NCBI GenBank assembly: GCA_002344055.1
Contig: DDTH01000007.1
Coordinates: forward strand, 30,415 to 94,414
Length of the DNA stretch: 64,000 nt
Source of the DNA: Sphingomonadales bacterium UBA2369
GTDB taxonomy: Bacteria > Pseudomonadota > Alphaproteobacteria > Sphingomonadales > Sphingomonadaceae
Reading direction: 5' to 3'
Positions 55,754 through 64,000 of the stretch are shown here, in pieces. The position numbers and the translations under genes were made by a program. The notes below the pieces were generated by a model. It saw nothing but the letters and a program-made list of their open reading frames with translations. It was not told the DNA's origin and ran no database searches. The stretch's first letter is position 1. Each line of letters begins with the position of its first letter.

Positions 55754-55770
55754 TTGAGAACGGCTCGCAA
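55754..55770. promoter_or_regulatory. Putative Fur-type iron box upstream of the Fe(III)-binding protein gene
   Basis: TTGCGA-GCCGT-TCTCAA on the minus strand fits TG(C/A)-N-A-N8-CA(A/T). Confidence 0.6.
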
Positions 55771-55782
55771 GAGGAGGCTGAC

Positions 55783-58515
55783 TCAGAACTTCACGCTCAG
55801 GCCCAGGCTGAAGGACGTGCCGATATCGTAGGAATTGACGGAAATGCGGTTGCCGCCAGTCTCCTGAAATTCCTCATAGCCCTCGCCCAATATGTTGCGG
55901 ATCTCGAGCTTGAACTCCGCCTCCCCGCCGAACATCGGCACCGCCTGGCGCGCGACCAGATCGAAGCGCAGGCCGGGCCGCTCCAGGATGTCCGGCTGCC
56001 GGTTGATGCCCTGGATCGGGCCGCGATTGGTCACGCGCTCGCTGGCATAATTGGCCAGCAGCGTGATTTGCGACAGCGTGTCGCTATCCTCCAGGCTGAG
56101 CTGGACATTGACCAGATGATCGGACTGGCCGGTCAGCGGCACACCGTCCTGGAACAGCAGATTGGCGGCCACGGGCTGAAGGTCCGGGCCGATGATCACC
56201 GACGCGTCCGAACTGACCTGGCTCTGCGTGTAGGTGTAATTGGCGATCATCAGCAGCCGCCGCGTCTCGAAAAAGCCGCCCAGGCTCTCCAGCGACTGGC
56301 TGGCCTGCAATTCGATCTCGCCGCCATAAAGTTCGGCGCGCGGTGCGTTGGCGAAGCCGGTCCGCAGCTGGCCGCCGCCCGCGAAGAAGGCCGCGGCCTC
56401 GATCGGGTTGGTGATCTCCTTGTAGAAACCGGAGGCGGTAAGCCGCTGCTGGCGACCGAAATACCATTCCACGCGCCCTTCCAGATTGGTCAGCTCGCTG
56501 TCCTGCAGGAAGGGATTGCCAGTAAATTCCCGGTCGGAATCGAAATCCTGATAGAGTTGCGGCGCCAGTTCGCGGAATTGCGGACGGGCGATGGTCCGCG
56601 ACCCGTGCAGGCGCGCCTGCATCTGCGGCGCGAATTCGTAGGTCAGGGTCAGCGCCGGCAGAAAATATTCATTCTCAAGGCCCGTCGCGGCAAGATTGTT
56701 GCCGATCGGCAGCACCGACTGCTCGGCCTGTTCGAAGCGGACGCCGCCATTCAGGCTCAGCCCGTCAAACACGTCGAAATTCGCCTGCAGATAGGCGCCG
56801 TGGATGGTGAGGTCGGCCTCGTAGCGCGCCGCGCCTTCCGCGCCCGAAACGTCGCGCAGCTGCAGATCCCAATTGTAGACGTTGAAGTCGGACAACAGAT
56901 AGTCCGGCCGCTGCTGCGCGATCTGGATCGGCAGCGGCCCGCCGCCGGGGAAATATTGGAACTGATAGCGCGAGGAGGTCCGCTCGGTCCGGCTATAGGC
57001 ATAGCCGGCGGTCACGGTCAGCGGGATCGGGTCGAAATTGTAGGTGAGGTCGATCCCGCCCGCCAGGACGTTTTCGCTCAAGTCGCTGAAGGCGATGCCG
57101 GCGGACTGGCCGGCGCCGGTCAGGTTGTTAACGTAATCGTCGACATCGGTCGCGCTCTTGGTCAGCGGGTCGCCGTCGCCCAGATAGAAATAGCTGATGT
57201 CGCGCTCATACGGGGATTCACGCTGCGAATTGGCGTAGGTGCCGCGCAGGTCGATATCGAGCGCGCCGAAATCCAGCTCGGCCACGAATTGCGTGTCGAG
57301 CAATTGCCGTTCGAACCAGTAGCTGTTCTGCTCGATGATCGAATCCGGCAGGTTCGGATCGGGATCGACGACGTTGCGGTTGAAGCCGGACGCGAGGCGC
57401 CCCTGCTTCAGCGTGTCGCGGATGAAGACGTTGGTCCAGCGGAGGCGATGCTCGCCCACTTCCAGCCCCACGCCCAGCATGCCGTTCACCAGAATGCGCT
57501 GATCGGTGATCACGGAGCGGAAGCTGCGCTGCGGAATCCCGGCCAGGTCCGGATCGTTCGACGTCTGCTGCAGCGTGTCGCGGGTGCGCCAGTTGCTGCT
57601 GTAGCCGAGCGACGCGACAAAGCCGAGTTGCCCGTCGCCGAACACGGTCGTGGACGTGCCGCCGCTGATGCTGGCCGAGAAATTGGCCGGAATATTGCGG
57701 TTGGTCTGCAGCACTGTCGTCGGCGCATTGACCAGAGCGGCGGCGAAATCGCGGCGCTGGGCGGCCGTGGTCGCGGTGTTGAAATTGCCCGGTGCGACGG
57801 CGGCGCCCAGCCCGGCGGGCAGATCGCGCGTGCCGTCGTCGAAGCCGGTGAAGTCGAAATCGCTGCCATAATAAGTGTAGCCGAGATTGGCCGTCGTCTC
57901 GGTGTCGCCGCTGACGCTCATCCCGATCGAGAAGAAGCTTTCGCGCGGCACGGCGCGAGTGGTGAGATTGATTACGCCGCCGCCGAACTCGCCCGGGAAA
58001 TTGGGCGAATAGGTCTTTTGCACCAGCGAACTGGCGATCAGGCTGGTCGGGAAGATGTCGAGCGGCACGACCCGGCGCAGCGGCTCGGGGCTGGGCAGTG
58101 GCGAGCCGTTCAGCAAAGCGAGGCTGTAGCGATCGCCGAGGCCGCGGACATAGACGAAGCCGTTGCCGACCACGCTGAGGCCGGTGACGCGGCCGAGCGC
58201 GCCGGCAATGTCGCCCTCGCCGCTGCGGGCAATGTCTTCCTGGCTGAGCAGGCTGACGACCTGCGGCGCGATGCGCTGGATGTTGCGCGAACCACGCTCG
58301 CCGGTGACGACCATTTCGGCGCCTTCATTGCCGAGACCGGCGCCGGGGATCGAAACTTCGACATCATCGCCCGGCTGCGCCGCATCCTGCGGGGCATCGC
58401 CCGCATCCGGCGTCTGGGCCGGCTGCGCGTCCGCGGCCGCCTGCGCGAGCGCAGCGGGCGAGAACAAGGCGGTGGACAGGAGCAGCATGCTGCCGAACGC
58501 GAAACTCTTCTTCAT
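55783..58515 (-). CDS. TonB-dependent receptor
   Basis: Signal peptide; EMVVTG TonB-box-like; plug FVYVRGLGDRYS; C-terminal FSLGLSVKF. Confidence 0.93.
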   Translation of the reverse strand: MKKSFAFGSMLLLSTALFSPAALAQAAADAQPAQTPDAGDAPQDAAQPGDDVEVSIPGAGLGNEGAEMVVTGERGSRNIQRIAPQVVSLLSQEDIARSGEGDIAGALGRVTGLSVVGNGFVYVRGLGDRYSLALLNGSPLPSPEPLRRVVPLDIFPTSLIASSLVQKTYSPNFPGEFGGGVINLTTRAVPRESFFSIGMSVSGDTETTANLGYTYYGSDFDFTGFDDGTRDLPAGLGAAVAPGNFNTATTAAQRRDFAAALVNAPTTVLQTNRNIPANFSASISGGTSTTVFGDGQLGFVASLGYSSNWRTRDTLQQTSNDPDLAGIPQRSFRSVITDQRILVNGMLGVGLEVGEHRLRWTNVFIRDTLKQGRLASGFNRNVVDPDPNLPDSIIEQNSYWFERQLLDTQFVAELDFGALDIDLRGTYANSQRESPYERDISYFYLGDGDPLTKSATDVDDYVNNLTGAGQSAGIAFSDLSENVLAGGIDLTYNFDPIPLTVTAGYAYSRTERTSSRYQFQYFPGGGPLPIQIAQQRPDYLLSDFNVYNWDLQLRDVSGAEGAARYEADLTIHGAYLQANFDVFDGLSLNGGVRFEQAEQSVLPIGNNLAATGLENEYFLPALTLTYEFAPQMQARLHGSRTIARPQFRELAPQLYQDFDSDREFTGNPFLQDSELTNLEGRVEWYFGRQQRLTASGFYKEITNPIEAAAFFAGGGQLRTGFANAPRAELYGGEIELQASQSLESLGGFFETRRLLMIANYTYTQSQVSSDASVIIGPDLQPVAANLLFQDGVPLTGQSDHLVNVQLSLEDSDTLSQITLLANYASERVTNRGPIQGINRQPDILERPGLRFDLVARQAVPMFGGEAEFKLEIRNILGEGYEEFQETGGNRISVNSYDIGTSFSLGLSVKF

Positions 58516-58613
58516 CTCGAAATCCCCCAGTCTCAACGCGCCACGCGCGGCCTGAAAGCATGGGGGCGGCGATCCCGGTCGAGGATCGCCGCCCCTCTTG
58601 CGTGCAACGGCGA

Positions 58614-60194
58614 TCAGGAAGCGGGGAGCGACGTGCAGGATCCGCCGCTGCCGCCGAAATTGGCGTAGCCGGAATTGCAGGTCCAACCCTGGAAGCTGGT
58701 GTCGCCCGCACCGCTGATCGCGCCGATGAAGCTGACAGCCTGCAGCCGGTTCGGAGCGGCCGCGTTCGGCTGACCGGTGCCGGCATAGATGTCGGCGTTG
58801 AACGCGGTCGGATCGGTCACCGTCACCGCATTCTCGGTCGCGCCGTTCATGAAGCTGTTGATCAGCGACGGCGTGTAGGCACTGTTATTGTTGTTCGCGC
58901 CCGAACCGAAGATCGTCGTGACCAGAGCCAGCGCGACATTGTTGTCGTCGCGGAACGGCGTGCCGCAATTCATTACGACCGAGCGGAAGACCGGGGCGCC
59001 GAGATCGAAGAGACCCGCATCGGCATCGCGCGAAGTCGTGCCGCCGGTCGCGTCGATGTCGAGGCAGGCCTGGCTGCTGACGACGATCGAGTTGAGCAAA
59101 GCGAAGTCGGTGCCGCCGCGCAGCAGGATGCCGTTGCCGCCCGAACTGTTGCGGCGCTGGATGAGGGTCGCGTTGGAGATGCGGTTATACTGGCGGGGCA
59201 GTGCATCCTCGTTGCCGTTCGAGTCGATCTCGAGCGCGCTGTCGCCGTCGCCGGTCGGCTTCTGCACCGCGAGCAGGAACTGGGCGGTGCCGCGATAGCC
59301 GAGATCGGTGTCGTAGCCGTCATCGTCGGCGCCGGTGATCGCGATATATTTGGTGTTCACACGGCCTCCGAAAATCTCGATGCCGTCGTCCGAGCTGTTG
59401 TGGACGTGGATGTGGTCGACCGTGGTCAGCTGGCCGACGCCGCCCATGGTGAGGCCCTGCAGCTCGTTGCCCGGCGCGATCTCGAAGCCAGAATAGCGGA
59501 TCTGCACGAAGCGCAGCGAGCCGGAATTGTCGTTCGGGCTGGCGCCGCCGTAAAGCGAGCCGGTCGTGCCCTCGATCACCTGCTGGCAATTGGCCGAGCC
59601 GCCCGCCACCGCCGAATTACAATCGGAGATCGGCGCGCGGCCGAGCAGGATGATGCCGCCCCACAGCCCCTGGCTGGTGTCGGTGACCGTGCCTTCCAGA
59701 TTGCTGCGGTGGGTGAAGATGATCGGCTGCGTCGCGTTGCCGACCGCGTTGATGCGCGAGCCGCGGTTCACGACCAGATAGTCGTTGCCCGACTGGGCGA
59801 CGACGACAACGCCCGGCTGCACCGTGAGCGTCACACTCTGGCAGGCGGCCAGCGGCGCGGCGGTGTCGCCGCCGCAATCGGTGCCGACATTGGTCGGGCC
59901 GGCAATCTGATAGGCCAGGCCCGGGACGTTCTGCAGCGTGGTGTCGGCGGTGAAGCGGCCCGGCAGTTCGCAGACGCGGCGATTGGCGACGACGCCCCGG
60001 TCGATCGTGCCGGTGACGCAGGACGCGGCGGGCGTACCCGGCGGCGTCGTTGGCGGCGTGGTCGGCGGGGTCGGCGTGGGCGTCGGGGTCGGAACGATGA
60101 TCACGCCCTCGCCCGGCGAAGCGATGTCGTCCGCGCCGCAGGCGGCGAGCGGCAGCATCGTGGTGACGAGCAATAGCGTACGGAATTTCGACAT
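58614..60194 (-). CDS. Surface lipoprotein with PT linker and beta-helix-like body (ElpS-like by recall)
   Basis: Lipobox LAACG; PTPTPTPTPPTTPPTTPP; NPIIFT-like, WGGIILLG, DNSGSLRFVQIRYSG, DDGIEIFGG repeats; upstream of a TBDR. Confidence 0.7.
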   Translation of the reverse strand: MSKFRTLLLVTTMLPLAACGADDIASPGEGVIIVPTPTPTPTPPTTPPTTPPGTPAASCVTGTIDRGVVANRRVCELPGRFTADTTLQNVPGLAYQIAGPTNVGTDCGGDTAAPLAACQSVTLTVQPGVVVVAQSGNDYLVVNRGSRINAVGNATQPIIFTHRSNLEGTVTDTSQGLWGGIILLGRAPISDCNSAVAGGSANCQQVIEGTTGSLYGGASPNDNSGSLRFVQIRYSGFEIAPGNELQGLTMGGVGQLTTVDHIHVHNSSDDGIEIFGGRVNTKYIAITGADDDGYDTDLGYRGTAQFLLAVQKPTGDGDSALEIDSNGNEDALPRQYNRISNATLIQRRNSSGGNGILLRGGTDFALLNSIVVSSQACLDIDATGGTTSRDADAGLFDLGAPVFRSVVMNCGTPFRDDNNVALALVTTIFGSGANNNNSAYTPSLINSFMNGATENAVTVTDPTAFNADIYAGTGQPNAAAPNRLQAVSFIGAISGAGDTSFQGWTCNSGYANFGGSGGSCTSLPAS

Positions 60195-60309
60195 GACCGG
60201 CCCCTTGGTTTTCCCTGGCATGGGAGCGACTCGGCTGCTGCCGGCTCCGCGTCCCGGGGCGGCAATTAGGGACGGTTCGTGACAGCCCGGCTGCGGAACG
60301 AAGACTCTC

Positions 60310-60360
60310 CGGACATGAAAGAGTCAGCGTTCGGACATGCATCGGTCATGGAAACGTAAC
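60310..60360. promoter_or_regulatory. Five half-sites at exact 11-bp period (Pho-box-like / OmpR-family array)
   Basis: GACAT 60312, GTCAG 60323, GACAT 60334, GTCAT 60345, GTAAC 60356. Confidence 0.45.
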
Positions 60361-60530
60361 GCTGCGCCGGGGGCAGGAGACAAAGCGCCGCTCGTCTGTC
60401 ACCGTCCGCGCATGCCGACGCCGACTCGCGCCTTCGCTGACCCTGAAACCCGACGGATTGCGCCAACGCCCGGATATGAGCGCAACCGCATGATCATCGT
60501 CACGCAAATCACGCTCTCGGGAGAGCGTTC

Positions 60531-61583
60531 TTGACCGCGGCGCGACATTTGAACGCGGGAAAGCCCAGGCGGCCGGCATGGATCGCGCCACTGGCGCTGC
60601 TGACGGTCGTCATCGGCGGCGGCGTCGGGATCGGTCTGCTGACCAGCCCGGGTGGCGGCAATGCGGACGGCACGACCGCTTTGCTCCAAAGCGGCAAGAG
60701 CGAGCTGATGCGCGGCACACCCGGCAGCATCGGTCGCGCCCGCGAGCTGTTCGGCGAAGCGGCGGCCCGCGATCCCGACAATGCCGGCAATCACGCCCAG
60801 CTCGCTCTGGCCGACCTGCGGCTGATCGAATCCACCCCGCGCGCCGCCGCTGACGCGCTGCTGCGGGCGCATGCAGCTGCGACGCGCGCCGTGGAACTCG
60901 ATCCCGATCTCGCCGACGCGCAGGCGGCACTGGGGTACACGACCTTCTTCTGGCACGGCGACTGGCCGGGCGGGATGGCTCGGCTGGAGCAAGCAGTCGC
61001 GCTCGATCCGGCCTCGGCCCGCGCCCGCCACTGGCGCGGCCTCGCCTTGCTCTACAAGGGGGACACGACGCGCGGCCTCGCTGATCTGGACGCCGCCTTC
61101 CGCGCTGCACCGGCCGAGCGCGCGATCATCGCCGATCGGGGCCTCGCTCTGGTCCTGGCCGGACGCGCCGACGAAGGTCTCGCCGCCCTGCGCCGCCTCG
61201 CCCGCGAGGAGCCTGAATTTGCCGGCGCCGCCCGCAACCTCGCTTTGGCCCAGCTGGCCCGTGGCGATGATGCCGCCTGGCTGGAGTCGGAGGAACGCGC
61301 CGCCATTCTGCTCGGCGACAATACGGGCGCTGATGCCATCGCCGCAGGCCGCGCCGCTTTGGGCAATGGCCGCGTGGCGGCGCTTACCGCCATCCTCTCG
61401 CGGGTCAGCGGGGCCTATCGCCGCGCGCGCCTGCTCGCTTTGCTCGGCCGCGCCGACGATGCCCTCGTCGCGCTGGAAAACGCACGCCGCGACCCGGCCT
61501 TTCTCACAATCCGCCTCGACCCGGCCTTCGCCTCCCTTCGCGCCGATCCACGCTTCCAGGCACTCTCCGCCTCCCTCGGCTGA
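60531..61583 (+). CDS. Membrane-anchored tetratricopeptide repeat protein
   Basis: N-terminal TM helix; A..A..A.ELDP.LA.A..ALG and A..LDP.SA.A.HWRG repeats. Confidence 0.75.
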   Translation: MTAARHLNAGKPRRPAWIAPLALLTVVIGGGVGIGLLTSPGGGNADGTTALLQSGKSELMRGTPGSIGRARELFGEAAARDPDNAGNHAQLALADLRLIESTPRAAADALLRAHAAATRAVELDPDLADAQAALGYTTFFWHGDWPGGMARLEQAVALDPASARARHWRGLALLYKGDTTRGLADLDAAFRAAPAERAIIADRGLALVLAGRADEGLAALRRLAREEPEFAGAARNLALAQLARGDDAAWLESEERAAILLGDNTGADAIAAGRAALGNGRVAALTAILSRVSGAYRRARLLALLGRADDALVALENARRDPAFLTIRLDPAFASLRADPRFQALSASLG

Positions 61584-61585
61584 CC

Positions 61586-61614
61586 TTGCCTTTGGCGCTG
61601 CCGCCCGCTAAGGG
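61586..61614 (+). promoter_or_regulatory. Putative sigma70 promoter of rplK-rplA
   Basis: TTGCCT-N17-TAAGGG immediately after the TPR gene stop. Confidence 0.55.
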
Positions 61615-61647
61615 CCGGCCCTTCCAGGCACAGGCTCGGAAAAACAT

Positions 61648-61689
61648 GCGGGAGATCGCCCTTCGGGGCGTTCGTCTGGACCGCTAAAC
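61648..61689 (+). promoter_or_regulatory. Putative L1-binding autoregulatory leader of rplK-rplA
   Basis: GCGG/CCGC stem, GGAG-containing internal loop, CGCCC-TTCG-GGGCG hairpin; position matches known L1 feedback. Confidence 0.5.
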
Positions 61690-61735
61690 TTGAACCCGTC
61701 CCGGTCCGCCGGGGCGATCTACAGAGTGAGAGACA

Positions 61736-62167
61736 ATGGCTAAGAAAATCAGCGGCTATATCAAGCTGCACGTGCCGGCTGGCGACGCCAAGCCGGCGCC
61801 GCCGATCGGCCCGGCACTGGGTCAGCGCGGCGTCAACATCATGGAATTCTGCAAGGCGTTCAACGCCCAGACCTCCAATGAGGAAAAGGGCACGCCGCTG
61901 CCCACCACCATCACCGTCTATGCCGATCGCAGCTTCAGCTTCGAGACCAAGACGCCGCCCGCGACTTTCTATCTGAAGAAGGCCGCGAAGATCAATTCGG
62001 GCTCCAAGGAGCCGGGCAAGGTCACGGCCGGCAAGGTCACGCGCGCGCAGCTCGAGGAGATTGCGACCGCGAAGATGAAGGATCTGAACGCGAACGACGT
62101 CACCGCCGCCGCGAAGATCATCGAAGGTTCGGCCCGCGCGATGGGCCTCCAGGTTGTGGAGGGCTAA
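61736..62167 (+). CDS. rplK: 50S ribosomal protein L11
   Basis: [39 protein letters not shown]. Confidence 0.99.
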   Translation: MAKKISGYIKLHVPAGDAKPAPPIGPALGQRGVNIMEFCKAFNAQTSNEEKGTPLPTTITVYADRSFSFETKTPPATFYLKKAAKINSGSKEPGKVTAGKVTRAQLEEIATAKMKDLNANDVTAAAKIIEGSARAMGLQVVEG

Positions 62168-62170
62168 ACG

Positions 62171-62869
62171 ATGGCCAAGCTCACGAAGAAGCAGAAGGCG
62201 ACCGCCGAGAAGATCGACACCGATCGGCTGTACAATGTCGAGGACGCGATCAAGACGCTGAAGGCGAACGCCACGTCGAAGTTTGACGAGACGATCGAGA
62301 TCGCCCTGAACCTGGGCGTCGATCCGCGTCATGCCGACCAGATGGTCCGCGGCGTCGTGTCGCTGCCCGCGGGCACCGGCAAGGACGTCCGCGTCGCCGT
62401 CTTCGCCCGCGCCGCCAAGGCCGAGGAAGCCACGGCCGCCGGTGCGGAAGTCGTCGGCGCCGAGGATCTGATGGAGCAGATCCAGGCCGGCAATATCAAT
62501 TTTGACCGCGTGATCGCGACGCCCGACATGATGGGCATCGTCGGCCGCCTCGGCAAGGTGCTCGGCCCGAAGGGCATGATGCCGAACCCGAAGCTCGGCA
62601 CCGTCACCCCGAACGTCGCCGAAGCGGTCAAGGCCGCCAAGGGCGGTCAGGTCGAGTTCCGCGTCGAGAAGGCCGGCATCATCCACTCGGGCATCGGCAA
62701 GGCGAGCTTCTCCGACGCCGACCTGAAGCGCAATTTCGAGGCGTTCGTGGACGCCATCGTCAAGGCCAAGCCGGCCGGCGCCAAGGGCAAATATGTCCGC
62801 AAGGCCGCGATGAGCTCGACCATGGGCCCGGGCCTGAAGCTGGACGTCGCCGAGGTGGCGTCGGCCTGA
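62171..62869 (+). CDS. rplA: 50S ribosomal protein L1
   Basis: [38 protein letters not shown]. Confidence 0.99.
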   Translation: MAKLTKKQKATAEKIDTDRLYNVEDAIKTLKANATSKFDETIEIALNLGVDPRHADQMVRGVVSLPAGTGKDVRVAVFARAAKAEEATAAGAEVVGAEDLMEQIQAGNINFDRVIATPDMMGIVGRLGKVLGPKGMMPNPKLGTVTPNVAEAVKAAKGGQVEFRVEKAGIIHSGIGKASFSDADLKRNFEAFVDAIVKAKPAGAKGKYVRKAAMSSTMGPGLKLDVAEVASA

Positions 62870-62895
62870 GCCTTCGTACTTCGCGAAACAGAAAC

Positions 62896-62925
62896 GGGCC
62901 GGGGCGGAAACGCTCCGGCCCTTTT
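62896..62925 (+). terminator. Intrinsic terminator after rplA (possibly bidirectional)
   Basis: GGGCCGGGGCG-GAAA-CGCTCCGGCCC-TTTT, preceded by GAAAC. Confidence 0.8.
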
Positions 62926-62931
62926 CGTTGG

Positions 62932-63056
62932 CCGGTGCGGGAACCCCTGAAACGCGTAAGCCCCGCCAGTTTTACCTGGCGGGGCTCCTACCCTCGTCTC
63001 TTTCGATCTGAGGACATGGGTAGAACGGGCGATGCAGCCAGGGGTTCCCGCGCCGG
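62932..63056. ncRNA. Unassigned structured element downstream of rtcA (three-way junction)
   Basis: 18-bp closing stem 62932-62949/63039-63056, 11-bp hairpin 62959-62986, CTACCC/GGGTAG stem 62988-63023. Confidence 0.45.
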
Positions 63057-63077
63057 GCATGAAAATCTTCGCTCGCG

Positions 63078-64000
63078 TCAGGTTAGCGCCACCAGATGCG
63101 TGCCATCGGCCTGCTGCGCGAAGCCGAAGCGCCGCCCGGTGAACAAGGCGACGATGTCCGCCGCGGTGCGGGCATGCTGGCTCGGCTTCACCGTCGTGAA
63201 GCTGCCGCCCCCAGCCAGCGCGAAGGGCAGGATCAGCTGATCGGCCAGGTAAGGACCGGCAAAGGCCCGGCTGGCCAGATAGCCCGCCATGCGCTGCGCC
63301 GCTGTCTTGGCGAGCGCTTCCGACGACACGCCCAATTTCCCGAAGCCGGTCACGATCTCCGTCACGTTCGCGAACCGCGCTTCGAGCAGCAGGGCATTGC
63401 CCGGCCCGACCTGTTCCGGCAGCTGGCGCACCGCGAACGCCTCCTCCGGCCAATCCGGCAGCAGCTTGCGCGCCATCCTCAGCTCGCGCTCGGCAATCTC
63501 GAACGGCAGCGCCGCAATAAGCGCCGTGGCCGAACATGCCTCCAGCGGACCGCGCTCCATGCAATCGATCTTGCGGAGCGGCGCGGGCGTGATTTCCACT
63601 TCGATCCGGCCACCGCCTTTCGGAAAGAAACCATGCCGCACGAGCCGCGCCGTCGCCGTTGGCCCCATGCGATTGAGCACCGGCAGGAAGACGCGCTCGA
63701 TGAATTCGAACGGCGGCGCCATCATGTTATGGGTGCCGCCCTCCAGCACGAGCGTGGACGGCCCGTCGGCAAGGACGAGCGGCATCAGCACCGTCTGCAG
63801 CACCAAGCCCGTGCTCCCCGCCGTGCCGATCGCGAACCGATAGTCGCCGGCTGTCACCTTGCCCGGCCGGAAGGTCAGCTCCGACGAGCGCAATTCCAGC
63901 CCCTCGCACTCCGCCCCGCCAAGCGCGCAGGCGGCCTCGATCGCCGTCAGATGCTGCCGCATCAGCCCCGGTTTCTCGCGGCGGCCGCGGATGTTGGTGA
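63078..64000 (-). CDS. rtcA: RNA 3'-terminal phosphate cyclase (5' end outside the window)
   Basis: IRGRREKPGLMRQHLTA, IGTAGSTGLVLQT, GGTHN..APP, GFFPKGGG, YLADQLILP. Confidence 0.95.
   Translation of the reverse strand, partial: TNIRGRREKPGLMRQHLTAIEAACALGGAECEGLELRSSELTFRPGKVTAGDYRFAIGTAGSTGLVLQTVLMPLVLADGPSTLVLEGGTHNMMAPPFEFIERVFLPVLNRMGPTATARLVRHGFFPKGGGRIEVEITPAPLRKIDCMERGPLEACSATALIAALPFEIAERELRMARKLLPDWPEEAFAVRQLPEQVGPGNALLLEARFANVTEIVTGFGKLGVSSEALAKTAAQRMAGYLASRAFAGPYLADQLILPFALAGGGSFTTVKPSQHARTAADIVALFTGRRFGFAQQADGTHLVALT

Noticed and set aside
60040-60095. Short tandem repeats in the lipoprotein gene
   Set aside because: They encode the Pro/Thr linker; no separate repeat feature is needed
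62932-63056. Assignment of this element as a tRNA, YrlA Y RNA, hammerhead ribozyme, c-di-GMP riboswitch or L10 leader
   Set aside because: The required conserved cores were not found on either strand; left unassigned
1-64000. Many long alternative-frame and antisense ORFs (for example 9645..10985 -, 26990..28645 -, 33810..35666 -, 43166..45079 -, 47947..50214 -, 56068..58668 +)
   Set aside because: They shadow well-supported genes on the other strand, are Arg/Ala/Pro-rich and lack motifs; expected in high-GC DNA
1-64000. CRISPR array, transposase, integrase or prophage genes
   Set aside because: No regularly spaced direct repeats and no ORF with recombinase, transposase or phage motifs were seen

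Overview
High-GC alphaproteobacterial chromosome segment, most likely Sphingomonadaceae (inferred from gene content and order). It is mostly housekeeping: argG (3' part), tRNA-Val(GAC), cpdR, a DEAD-box helicase, tgt, grxD-bolA-zeta, scoAB, thiSG, aroQ-accBC, aat, a fatty acyl-AMP ligase, tRNA-Trp-secE-nusG, rplK-rplA and rtcA (3' part). No CRISPR array, transposase, integrase or prophage gene is visible. The accessory parts that stand out are: (1) a four-gene cassette of exported or membrane proteins with two tandem ClpP/crotonase-like paralogs between tRNA-Val and cpdR; (2) a large secreted Zn-phospholipase C/P1-nuclease-fold protein with a long coiled-coil hairpin tipped by a Cys-closed hydrophobic loop; (3) a ~10 kb block (truncated haemoglobin, Fe(III) ABC transporter, TonB receptor, surface lipoprotein, TPR protein) sitting between nusG and rplK; (4) non-coding structures missed by the ORF track: an alpha-r8/SuhB-like sRNA, an orphan terminated sRNA candidate, an unexplained ~125-nt three-way-junction element just downstream of rtcA, three kinds of palindromic intergenic element, and several operator-like sites. 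A 55-aa CsbD gene with a canonical EcfG promoter is also absent from the ORF track. All family assignments come from motif recognition by eye, not database searches.
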